Shown: in pieces, positions 1-7,307 of the stretch
How the letters are laid out: every line of letters begins with the position of its first letter
How positions within the stretch are numbered: the first letter of the stretch is position 1
Position numbers and translations under genes: made by a program
Virus record (IMG/VR): IMGVR_UViG_3300024344_000046
Span: 1 to 38,998 of that record
Strand: one strand, 5' to 3'
Origin: a virus
Lineage: Duplodnaviria; Caudoviricetes
DNA: 38,998 nucleotides
The notes under the pieces: generated by a model
Database searches by the model: none
The model's input: the letters and a program-made list of their open reading frames with translations, nothing else
What the model was told of the DNA's origin: nothing

Positions 1-2
1 CG

Positions 3-557
3 AGTGAATCTGAGCTTACTGGAGACCTGTCAGACATGCAGGTCATGAGTGTGCAGAAGGTTTTGGCAAAATTCTGCAGAAGAATCTCTAACGTTCTGCC
101 AATCAACAGAGTGACAGTAGTTGGTATTACACATCTGATGGCTAATCTCCAGAGATTTGGTAGAGGAAAAGCCAAAGTAGAAAAGTCTGGCAGTGCGCTC
201 AAGTATCAAGTAGATGTAAAGCTACATGCAAGTCACTCAACTGCTCTTATGCAAGGAGACACACAAATAGGCCAAACGGTACATTGGCAAATTACAACAT
301 CTGCGATTGGGCCTCCGGGACAGAAAGTTGAAAGCCATATTAGATACGGTAAAGGTATCTGGAAAGAGATGGAGATGGCAGACCTAATGATAGACTTTGG
401 CCTAATTTCCAAAGCTGGAGCATGGCTTAAGCTGCCAAATGGAGAAAAGATTCAAGGTAAAGTCAATTTGGCAAAATACTTGGAAGAGAATCCAGAAGAG
501 TATAATAATTTTAGAAAAGAAGTTTTCGAGATGGTAGGGATTGATTATGAAAACTAA
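3..557 (+). CDS. recA: RecA/UvsX-like recombinase, C-terminal part (5' end lies outside the window)
   Basis: Frame is open from base 3 (SESELTGDLSDMQ...). The segments 'VTVVGITHLMAN', 'SGSALKYQVDVKL', 'IRYGKGI' and 'GLISKAGAW...IQGK' match the RecA C-terminal half. The Walker A motif is not in the window. Confidence 0.8.
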   Translation, partial: SESELTGDLSDMQVMSVQKVLAKFCRRISNVLPINRVTVVGITHLMANLQRFGRGKAKVEKSGSALKYQVDVKLHASHSTALMQGDTQIGQTVHWQITTSAIGPPGQKVESHIRYGKGIWKEMEMADLMIDFGLISKAGAWLKLPNGEKIQGKVNLAKYLEENPEEYNNFRKEVFEMVGIDYEN

Positions 558-927
558 AACCATTGATACTTACGAGTGTAGAGTGTACGTAGGATCTATA
601 TATGAGGATACTAAAGTTCCTTTTTATGAAAGGAATTTGACTAAATTTATTAGCGACTACCAAGATTCTGTAGATACTACAGTGCCGCTTAGAGTCACGA
701 AAACTGCGTTTGTTTGTGGCTCAAGCTATCTTGAAGATGGCTGGGAAATAGCAGCGATCAATTATCCAAGAGCAGGAACTGATATGGAAATTATAAAGGA
801 GTTCATGGAAGGGCTAGCGGAAGGGTTGCTTGAAAGGTTCTGTCAGAAAAGGGTAACCCTCGTAACCCCTCATGTGTCTGTTATGTATGAATCAGAGGCT
901 TCATATATGCCTCAAGCAGCAAGTTAG
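547..927 (+). CDS. Hypothetical phage protein (126 aa, 'E.GW.I..INYPR...LAE.L...F.Q.RV' motif)
   Basis: ATG at 547 overlaps the end of the recA ORF. The last ~10 codons and the TAG stop lie inside structured unit U1. Confidence 0.7.
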   Translation: MKTKTIDTYECRVYVGSIYEDTKVPFYERNLTKFISDYQDSVDTTVPLRVTKTAFVCGSSYLEDGWEIAAINYPRAGTDMEIIKEFMEGLAEGLLERFCQKRVTLVTPHVSVMYESEASYMPQAAS

Positions 928-1111
928 GCTTCTTGACTGCAAATATATGATTCATCAAAAGTCGGGGCCTCTAATCAGCCTCAGAAAGTAAGTTATCTCG
1001 TTCTTAACTTTAATGGTTAGTGTTTACAAAACGAGCAGGCTTCATTCACGCCTGAGCCAGTAGGTTTATAGCCCTTCCTAGCTGCGAAGTGAATGTGGAT
1101 ACAAAAGGGCT
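895..1111 (+). ncRNA. Upstream array of three tandem structured units (U1 895-963, U2 964-1035, U3 1036-1111), each a predicted double pseudoknot
   Basis: Each unit reads: 5-bp stem, 9-nt loop, stem', AA/AG, bulged 4+4 hairpin with a TT(T)A-starting loop, AA, complement of the 9-nt loop, 5-6 nt, CAAA(A), complement of the second loop. Pairings covary between units. Expression as RNA is inferred, not shown. Confidence 0.75.
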
Positions 1112-1147
1112 TTTTATCATTCAAAACTTATTTTAAGGATTAGAATT

Positions 1148-2380
1148 ATGATTAGGAACGCTAAGTTCTGGGGGCTTGAATATAGCGCTGAATTCTCAGA
1201 AATGTTGACCCTTACAAACTCTCTTCTAAACGAAATCTCAGAATGTGTTCGTGATGAAATATCCAATGGCTCGATTGTCAACATAAACTCCGTTGGTCTT
1301 GGTCAATATGTAGAGCTGAGCGATGGAAAGGAAGTCACACAGGCCGGATATAGAGATAGAATTAGATACATCTTAGACAAGTACCCTATTGTCGAAAAGC
1401 GGAAGGGGATAGAGAGGCAGCTAGTCGGCTATGTACTTGAGAGATTTGCTGGGTACTTCAAAAGGAATGGGGAGAAGATTCCTAGAATTACCTTTAAAAA
1501 CAAAAGCCTTTATAATAAGGACAGAAACGTAGAGATAGATAAGGAGAATAAGAGGCTTATCTTCCACACAGTATTTGGAGATTATAATGTTCCGTATAAA
1601 GGATCAATAAAGTCAGATTACATTGACTCTGGAAAGTTTGGAGGAAACTTAATTGTAAAACAAAAATGTTTTGTAGTTGCCGTAGATGTTCCTTTTGTAC
1701 AGCAGTATACGCCAGAGAAGGTTCTTGGCTTTGATATTAACAAGTCTTTGCATAATTGGATTGTTTTTAATACTGGTGACGTGATCCCAGCTCCTGATGT
1801 TGTATCAGATCTAATTGATAAAATTAGGAAGTTAAATAAGACTATAAATAACTCAAAAAAAGAAGGTCTCAGAACTTCCCAAAGAGGCGCTGTGCGAAGA
1901 CAAGTTATAAATAAACACAAGCAACTTCATGCGGAGATTAAGAAGGTTTGCGAAAAAATTGTTGATGTCGTCAAGGACAACAAGTCTTTATTATGCATAG
2001 ATATGGTCAAAACTGGTCAGAGCATGGGCACGTTTGGTCAAGATAAGATTATCCCTGAACTGCAAACTCTATGTGAAAATCAGGGAGTCCCATTCATTGC
2101 TGTTCCTTGCAAAAATACATCAAGGAGGTGCTCTTCTTGTGGATATGTCCATAAGGATAACAGAAAGACGGTAGACGAGTTTAAATGTCTAAAGTGCGGC
2201 CACGAGGAGCTGTCTCATCTTAACGCAGCAAAAAACATAGCTTTTCTTGGAAATAAAATGTTTGAGGCTGGTGTCCCATGTGGAAATCACGGTAGAATAT
2301 CTGTAGAGAAACTAATAGAAAGACACGGGTCTCATCAGCACCCGAAGCAGCATGTTATGACGTTCATGTCTGCAAGTTGA
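1148..2380 (+). CDS. tnpB: TnpB/Cas12f-like RNA-guided RuvC protein with non-canonical active site (410 aa)
   Basis: RuvC-I 'KVLGFDIN', a helical region, RuvC-II-like 'LLCIDMV', 'GVPFIAVPCKNTSRRCSSCG...FKCLKCG' zinc finger, and RuvC-III-like 'SHLNAAKNIA'. Size and domain order match the IS200/IS605 TnpB-Cas12f group. Confidence 0.88.
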   Translation: MIRNAKFWGLEYSAEFSEMLTLTNSLLNEISECVRDEISNGSIVNINSVGLGQYVELSDGKEVTQAGYRDRIRYILDKYPIVEKRKGIERQLVGYVLERFAGYFKRNGEKIPRITFKNKSLYNKDRNVEIDKENKRLIFHTVFGDYNVPYKGSIKSDYIDSGKFGGNLIVKQKCFVVAVDVPFVQQYTPEKVLGFDINKSLHNWIVFNTGDVIPAPDVVSDLIDKIRKLNKTINNSKKEGLRTSQRGAVRRQVINKHKQLHAEIKKVCEKIVDVVKDNKSLLCIDMVKTGQSMGTFGQDKIIPELQTLCENQGVPFIAVPCKNTSRRCSSCGYVHKDNRKTVDEFKCLKCGHEELSHLNAAKNIAFLGNKMFEAGVPCGNHGRISVEKLIERHGSHQHPKQHVMTFMSAS

Positions 2381-2469
2381 TGAATAAGCAAAACGTCGGG
2401 GTTCCAAGACCACCTCAAGCAGTATGTTACAGTCCTCATATCTGCAAGGTCTTGCTGTTTCAAAGGGCT
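2326..2469 (+). ncRNA. Downstream array of two tandem structured units (U4 2326-2397, U5 2398-2469), same fold as U1-U3
   Basis: U4: CGGGT/ACCCG, TCATCAGC/GTTGATGA, GCAG-CATG/CATG-T-CTGC, GACGTT/AACGTC. U5: GGGGT/ACCTC, CAAGACC/GGTCTTG, GCAG-TATG/CATA-T-CTGC, AGTCCT/AGGGCT. U4 overlaps the tnpB 3' end, where TnpB omega/reRNAs normally lie. Confidence 0.75.
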
Positions 2470-2480
2470 ATGGAGTTAAT

Positions 2481-2897
2481 ATGAAGATTAGAGATTTAAA
2501 CAATGAGATTCATACGTGGAGTCTAAGCGGCTACGTTGTAGCTGCGAACGAAATGCGTCCACGCTCCAAACTTCATCTAGCGGCAAGGGAACTGCTCATA
2601 CAGCTATTCCCTACCGTTCAGGTGATGGAAGAGGTGCTTGTCCCCCTGACAAGATATGAGAAGGGATATTTTGATTTTTATATAAACACTCTTAAGTTGG
2701 TTGTAGAAGTTCATGGACAACAACACTACAAATTTAACTCTCTATTCCACAGCTCTGCACAGGATTTTGTAAATCAGAAGAAAAAAGATCGGCGAAAGCA
2801 GGAGTGGTGCGAGTATAATAACATTACATACGTTGAGTTACCTTATAACGAGGATACAGATAAGTGGAAGCTGCGAATACAGCAAAGGAACGACTAG
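2481..2897 (+). CDS. Vsr/DUF559-like PD-(D/E)XK endonuclease
   Basis: 'FDFYINTLKLVVEVHGQQHY...D..K..WC..NNI.YVEL.Y' pattern. Start placed at ATG 2481 (GGAG at 2472-2475) rather than 2424, which lies inside U5. Confidence 0.75.
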   Translation: MKIRDLNNEIHTWSLSGYVVAANEMRPRSKLHLAARELLIQLFPTVQVMEEVLVPLTRYEKGYFDFYINTLKLVVEVHGQQHYKFNSLFHSSAQDFVNQKKKDRRKQEWCEYNNITYVELPYNEDTDKWKLRIQQRND

Positions 2898-3352
2898 AGC
2901 AAATTGACTCTGTACTGGACGAGTATGAGGGGAAGCTAGGCATAGGCGGCTACTCCGAAGACTTTCATGACCAGTCTGTGAAGAACTACATGTCGATGCC
3001 TAGACAACAGATGGAAAAGCTCACAGTAGAGGAGTGCGCAGAAGCAGCATTACTACTAGGCGGCTTCTCGTTCTATTTGCAAAGATCATACAATAGAGAG
3101 ATAGCTCGTGTAAACTGGGCCTCGTCTAACCTTAAGAAAATGGTATCTGGAAGAGAGTCGCAGTATAAAGGTTCTTGGGACAGCCAATACTATCAAGCTG
3201 TTAAAGAAGATGGATATGCTAAAAAACTGGATAGCATTAAGGTATATGCTCAACAGAGAGCAGACAGGCTAACTTACTTAGCTAGCTCAGTTAAAAACCT
3301 TAGTGACCTATACATTAACTTACAGAGAGCGAAGATAAATAGACATGGATAA
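2864..3352 (+). CDS. Hypothetical alpha-helical protein (possibly a UvsY-like recombination mediator)
   Basis: 162-aa helical/coiled-coil-like ORF that overlaps both neighbours. The function is guessed only from size and position between recA and the helicase. Confidence 0.5.
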   Translation: MEAANTAKERLEQIDSVLDEYEGKLGIGGYSEDFHDQSVKNYMSMPRQQMEKLTVEECAEAALLLGGFSFYLQRSYNREIARVNWASSNLKKMVSGRESQYKGSWDSQYYQAVKEDGYAKKLDSIKVYAQQRADRLTYLASSVKNLSDLYINLQRAKINRHG

Positions 3353-3740
3353 AGAAGAACTACAAAAACTGCTAAAACAGTTTAGCCAAGAAGAGATTCG
3401 AGAAGCTCTAGGCCAGAAGCCAAAGAATAAGAAGAGGCGAAGAGGCAAGGGTAAGAGAAAAAAGAACTCTCCTGCTGCTACCAACAAGAATGCTCCTGTT
3501 AATAAATTTGACGATATGATGCAGAGTATAAGCCTTACCGCAGATGAGAGAAAAGAGCTAGCCGATGCAGAAGCGTCTGACAAAATGGCAAAGCCAAATC
3601 CAAATAGAGGCAAGAGAAACGCTGTAAAGAAACAGAAATTTAGATGTGCCTCATGTGGGAAAGACTTTGAAATGTTTCCCTCACAAGTATACAATAGAGA
3701 AAGATGGAAGTGTAACCGTTGCGTAACAGGTGGCAGATAG
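3345..3740 (+). CDS. Basic hypothetical protein with C-terminal zinc ribbon
   Basis: Lys/Arg tract 'KPKNKKRRRGKGKRKK' and 'CASC...CNRC'. Confidence 0.7.
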   Translation: MDKEELQKLLKQFSQEEIREALGQKPKNKKRRRGKGKRKKNSPAATNKNAPVNKFDDMMQSISLTADERKELADAEASDKMAKPNPNRGKRNAVKKQKFRCASCGKDFEMFPSQVYNRERWKCNRCVTGGR

Positions 3741-5181
3741 TATGTTAAACGACTTACCAGCAGAAAGAGCTATACTAGCAGGCATATTTAGATATGGGGC
3801 TGAAGCTTATTACGATGTATCAGACATTATTAGCGAGTCGTCTTTCACGGATGAATCTAATGTAGTGCTGTATTCATGTATGAAGCATGTGCTTGAGATA
3901 GACGATTCTCGATCACTAGACGCACCAACAATGATGTCAGCGGCTAAAGAGCTGGGATTTTCAGACTTCTTCAATACGCAAGAAGTCCAACATATGTCTT
4001 CTGTCATAAAGTTTCCAGTGCTATTGGAAAACTTGAGAAAGTTTGCCGCTAAGGTTCGCAAGCTTGAAATAGCACGAATGATGTACGACCAGCTTGACAT
4101 AACCAAACAAAAGTACTTAGACATCAAGGGTGATGAACCCATAGCAAAAATACTTGGCATCGCTGAAGATGCCGTCATGGATGTGACCTCTGTTATTGCA
4201 GGAGAAGATGAGTCTCCAACACAGATGTTCGATGATGTTGAGGCACACCTAGAGGAGTTAGCAGAGGAGTCGGTCGATCAGATAGGCATATCTACAGGAT
4301 TCCCTAGATACGATTTTTCAATCGGAGGAGGGTTGAGAAAAGGTACAGTTAATGTTATTGGCGCTAGACCTAAGACTGGGAAAACTTTGCTTGCCGACAA
4401 TATGGGCATACATATTGCAAAAGAAGGAACTCCAGTATTGAATCTGGACACCGAGATGAGAAAGGAAGACCATCAACACAGGATGATGGCTATGTTGTCT
4501 GGTGTTCCAATTAATGACATTGAGACTGGAAAGTTTGCTGATGACCCAGCTAAGAAAAAGAAGGTCATGGAAGCAGCAAGAGAAATAAAGGATATTCCGT
4601 ATTACTTTAAGACTATTGGCGGCGCTTCATTTGAAGAGCAAGTTGCAATAATGAGAAGATGGATTAGTAGGGTTGTAGGATTAAATGATAAGGGTAAGGC
4701 AAACGATTGTGTTATTATATACGATTACCTTAAACTTATGGACTCAAGTGAAATCAAAGGAGATATGAAAGAATTTCAAATCCTTGGCTTCATGATAACA
4801 GCCCTACATAATCTGTCTCTTAAATACGAAGTACCTATACTTACTTTCATCCAATTGAATAGAGATGGCATAACAAAAGAGAGCACTGACACAGCTTCAG
4901 GCTCTGATAGAATCATATGGCTTTGCTCTAACTTCAGTATATATAAACATAAGTCTGATGAAGAGATAGCAAAAGATGGCCCTGAGAATGGAAACAGAAA
5001 GCTAGTGCCTCTGATTGCAAGGCATGGAGAAGGGCTTGATTATGGAGACTATATTAACGTAGAACTCACTGGCAAAATCGGTAAGGTTACTGAAGGAAAG
5101 ACTGCCTTTGAACTTGATAGTGGCGTAAGTGCTACAGAAGATGGAGAACTTTTTGATGACTCAGAAGATGTCGCATTCTAA
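3730..5181 (+). CDS. dnaB: DnaB-like replicative helicase
   Basis: N-terminal 'AERAILAGI', 'GISTGF', Walker A 'GARPKTGKT', 'LDTEM', 'IIYDYLKLM' and 'QLNR'. Confidence 0.93.
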   Translation: MADSMLNDLPAERAILAGIFRYGAEAYYDVSDIISESSFTDESNVVLYSCMKHVLEIDDSRSLDAPTMMSAAKELGFSDFFNTQEVQHMSSVIKFPVLLENLRKFAAKVRKLEIARMMYDQLDITKQKYLDIKGDEPIAKILGIAEDAVMDVTSVIAGEDESPTQMFDDVEAHLEELAEESVDQIGISTGFPRYDFSIGGGLRKGTVNVIGARPKTGKTLLADNMGIHIAKEGTPVLNLDTEMRKEDHQHRMMAMLSGVPINDIETGKFADDPAKKKKVMEAAREIKDIPYYFKTIGGASFEEQVAIMRRWISRVVGLNDKGKANDCVIIYDYLKLMDSSEIKGDMKEFQILGFMITALHNLSLKYEVPILTFIQLNRDGITKESTDTASGSDRIIWLCSNFSIYKHKSDEEIAKDGPENGNRKLVPLIARHGEGLDYGDYINVELTGKIGKVTEGKTAFELDSGVSATEDGELFDDSEDVAF

Positions 5182-6307
5182 AAAATATGATTATGCTAAG
5201 GTTAGAACTCTAGCAAAAATTGCAGGACAATACATAGACCAAATATATCAATATTTTGGACTTAGTATCTCTTATAGGAATGATATTCTTATGAAGTCTG
5301 TATGTCCTATACATGGAGGAGACAATCCAACCGCTTTGAACTTTTATCCGAACGGAGAGTTTAAGGTACACTATAAATGCAGAACCCATCAATGCGAAGA
5401 AGTGTTTGGCAATGGGATGATAGATCTAGTCAGAGGGATTCTATCTAGAGTTAATTATGGATGGGAAAAGGAAGGAGATAAGGAGGCTACTTTTAAGGAG
5501 TCTGTTGATTTCTTACTCAAGTTTCTTAAAAAGGACTTTGACTCACTCGAAGCTGATAATCATAATGTAGAAAAACTCCACTTCAACAACTTAGTGAATA
5601 CGCTTAGCTCTGAAGCTGCTAAGAAAAGCGGCATAACTCAGCAAATGTATCGAGACCGAGTGGAAGTTCCGTGCAAGTACTATCTAGACAGGGGGTTTTC
5701 TGCCAAGATTTTAGAGGACTACGACGTTGGCTATTGTACTAATCCAAGAAAGCCTATGTATCAAAGAGCAGTAGTTCCTATTTATGATAATAATCATGAA
5801 TTTATTGTTGGCTGCACAGGCAGAAGCATATTTGACAAATGTCCTAAATGCAATAACTATCATGACCCTAAAGAAAAATGTAGACATTTTCCAAAATGGA
5901 TGCACAGCAAGGGGTTCCAAAAAGAGAAATGGCTGTATAATTATTGGGTAGCCAAAGATGAGATTGCCAAGACAGGAGTTGCTATCCTTGTTGAGTCTCC
6001 CGGAAATGTATGGAGACTAGCAGAGGCAGGAATACACAACGTCGTTGCTATATTTGGAACAGCGTTCAACAACGATCAGAAAAACTTACTGGATGAGTCT
6101 GGCGCTTTATCATTAGTCTGCTTAATGGATAATGATGATGCTGGGCAAAAAGCAGCCAAGAAGATAGAAGAACAATGTGGAAGATTGTATAGGCTTTACT
6201 TCCCAAGTTTTGATGCAGCAGACATTGCAGAACTAAATGTTGATACGGTCACATCCGACATTAAACCCTTTATTGAAAATGCTATGAATATATATAAGGA
6301 AATTTGA
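5168..6307 (+). CDS. dnaG: DnaG-like DNA primase
   Basis: CHC2 zinc finger 'CPIHGGDNPT...YKCRTHQC', 'YYLDRGFS', 'RAVVPI...GRSI', and TOPRIM 'LVESPGNV...MDNDDAGQKA'. ATG at 5168 is preferred over the 5129 start. Confidence 0.9.
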   Translation: MSHSKKYDYAKVRTLAKIAGQYIDQIYQYFGLSISYRNDILMKSVCPIHGGDNPTALNFYPNGEFKVHYKCRTHQCEEVFGNGMIDLVRGILSRVNYGWEKEGDKEATFKESVDFLLKFLKKDFDSLEADNHNVEKLHFNNLVNTLSSEAAKKSGITQQMYRDRVEVPCKYYLDRGFSAKILEDYDVGYCTNPRKPMYQRAVVPIYDNNHEFIVGCTGRSIFDKCPKCNNYHDPKEKCRHFPKWMHSKGFQKEKWLYNYWVAKDEIAKTGVAILVESPGNVWRLAEAGIHNVVAIFGTAFNNDQKNLLDESGALSLVCLMDNDDAGQKAAKKIEEQCGRLYRLYFPSFDAADIAELNVDTVTSDIKPFIENAMNIYKEI

Positions 6308-6529
6308 ATGAGCTCTTATAAAGAAAATGCGATAGACTACCTTTACAATAAGGCCTTCTCTGATAGAGACAAGGCATTGGCATCGCTTTCGATTTTACTA
6401 GATCACCCAGCTGGAATCGGAGATCACTCTACAGGTGATCTTTATGAAAACCTTGATGAGGCTCTTAGCACATTAGCTGACGCAGAAGATAGAATAGAAA
6501 TTTTAGAACAATATTATAGTAGGGATTAG
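6308..6529 (+). CDS. Small helical phage protein ('PAGIGDH' motif)
   Basis: 73-aa ORF that exactly fills the gap between the primase and kinase genes. Confidence 0.7.
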   Translation: MSSYKENAIDYLYNKAFSDRDKALASLSILLDHPAGIGDHSTGDLYENLDEALSTLADAEDRIEILEQYYSRD

Positions 6530-6530
6530 T

Positions 6531-7307
6531 ATGACTCAAATATTAGGATTTGCCGGCAAGAAGCAAAGTGGTAAAAATACTGCTTGCAACTACATAGTCG
6601 CGCTGAAGATAGCTGAACTTGGCATTAGTAAGTCTACTAGACTATCTGAAAGAGGAGAGATAGAGGTAACAGATATCTTTGGAGAAAAGAAAGATGGAAA
6701 AGAATGGTTTGAATTCAGTGAAAAGAATCTGAATGTAAAAAAGCTTTTCGATGACAGTCTGGGATCATTTATTAAAATATATGGCCTTGCTGACACACTA
6801 AAAGATCTCTGTATAGACATACTTGGCTTAGAGTACGGTCAAGCATACGGAACAGATGAGCAAAAGAACTCTCCTACAGATCTATATTGGGGAGATATAC
6901 CTTATAGAGATGCAAAAAATAATATTAAAAGTAAGAAAATGACAGCTAGAGAGGTCTTACAGTATGTCGGAACAGACATATTTAGGACACTTGATCCAGA
7001 CATCTGGATAAAAAGCTTACTAAGAAAAATCAAGAAAGATAATCCTGAAGTAGCACTAGTCTGCGACGTGAGGTTTGAGAATGAGATTGTCAAGCTTCAA
7101 GAAGCAGGTGGATTTATAGTAGGATTGACTAGAGATCCATATGAAAAATCTGATACTCACTCTAGTGAGAAAGAGATAGAAGGTTGCCTTAACCTTTGTG
7201 ATGCTGTTGTTGACAATAAGGATATTACTGTAGCAAAGCAAATAAAAATGATTGGTGATGCTATCAGTCACTTACCCAATGTAGTACCTATAATGGAGCA
7301 ACAATGA
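6531..7307 (+). CDS. Deoxynucleoside monophosphate kinase (phage type)
   Basis: N-terminal P-loop 'GFAGKKQSGKNT', 'ADTLKD', 'TAREVLQYVGTDIFR', 'DVRFENE' and 'HSSE'. Confidence 0.88.
   Translation: MTQILGFAGKKQSGKNTACNYIVALKIAELGISKSTRLSERGEIEVTDIFGEKKDGKEWFEFSEKNLNVKKLFDDSLGSFIKIYGLADTLKDLCIDILGLEYGQAYGTDEQKNSPTDLYWGDIPYRDAKNNIKSKKMTAREVLQYVGTDIFRTLDPDIWIKSLLRKIKKDNPEVALVCDVRFENEIVKLQEAGGFIVGLTRDPYEKSDTHSSEKEIEGCLNLCDAVVDNKDITVAKQIKMIGDAISHLPNVVPIMEQQ

Larger units (their letters stand above)
895..2469 (+). mobile_element. Putative IS200/IS605-derived or domesticated tnpB cassette bounded by structured repeats; no tnpA present
   Basis: The cassette interrupts an otherwise gap-free operon and holds the largest non-coding gaps of the + strand block. 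Boundaries are taken from the first and last repeat units. No transposase gene or target-site duplication is seen. Confidence 0.4.

Noticed and set aside
895-1111. TIGR-type array, suggested by the constant 9-nt variable loops
   Set aside because: The unit is about 70 nt, I see no box C/D-like repeats, the loops have cis complements, and the adjacent protein is TnpB-like rather than a Nop-domain protein.
895-2469. Classical CRISPR array next to a Cas12f-like gene
   Set aside because: The repeats are not identical and the variable parts are paired in cis with compensatory changes, leaving only 5-6 free nt rather than 20-40 nt spacers.
2424-2480. N-terminal extension of the 2424-2897 ORF
   Set aside because: It lies within structured unit U5, and ATG 2481 has a GGAG ribosome-binding site.
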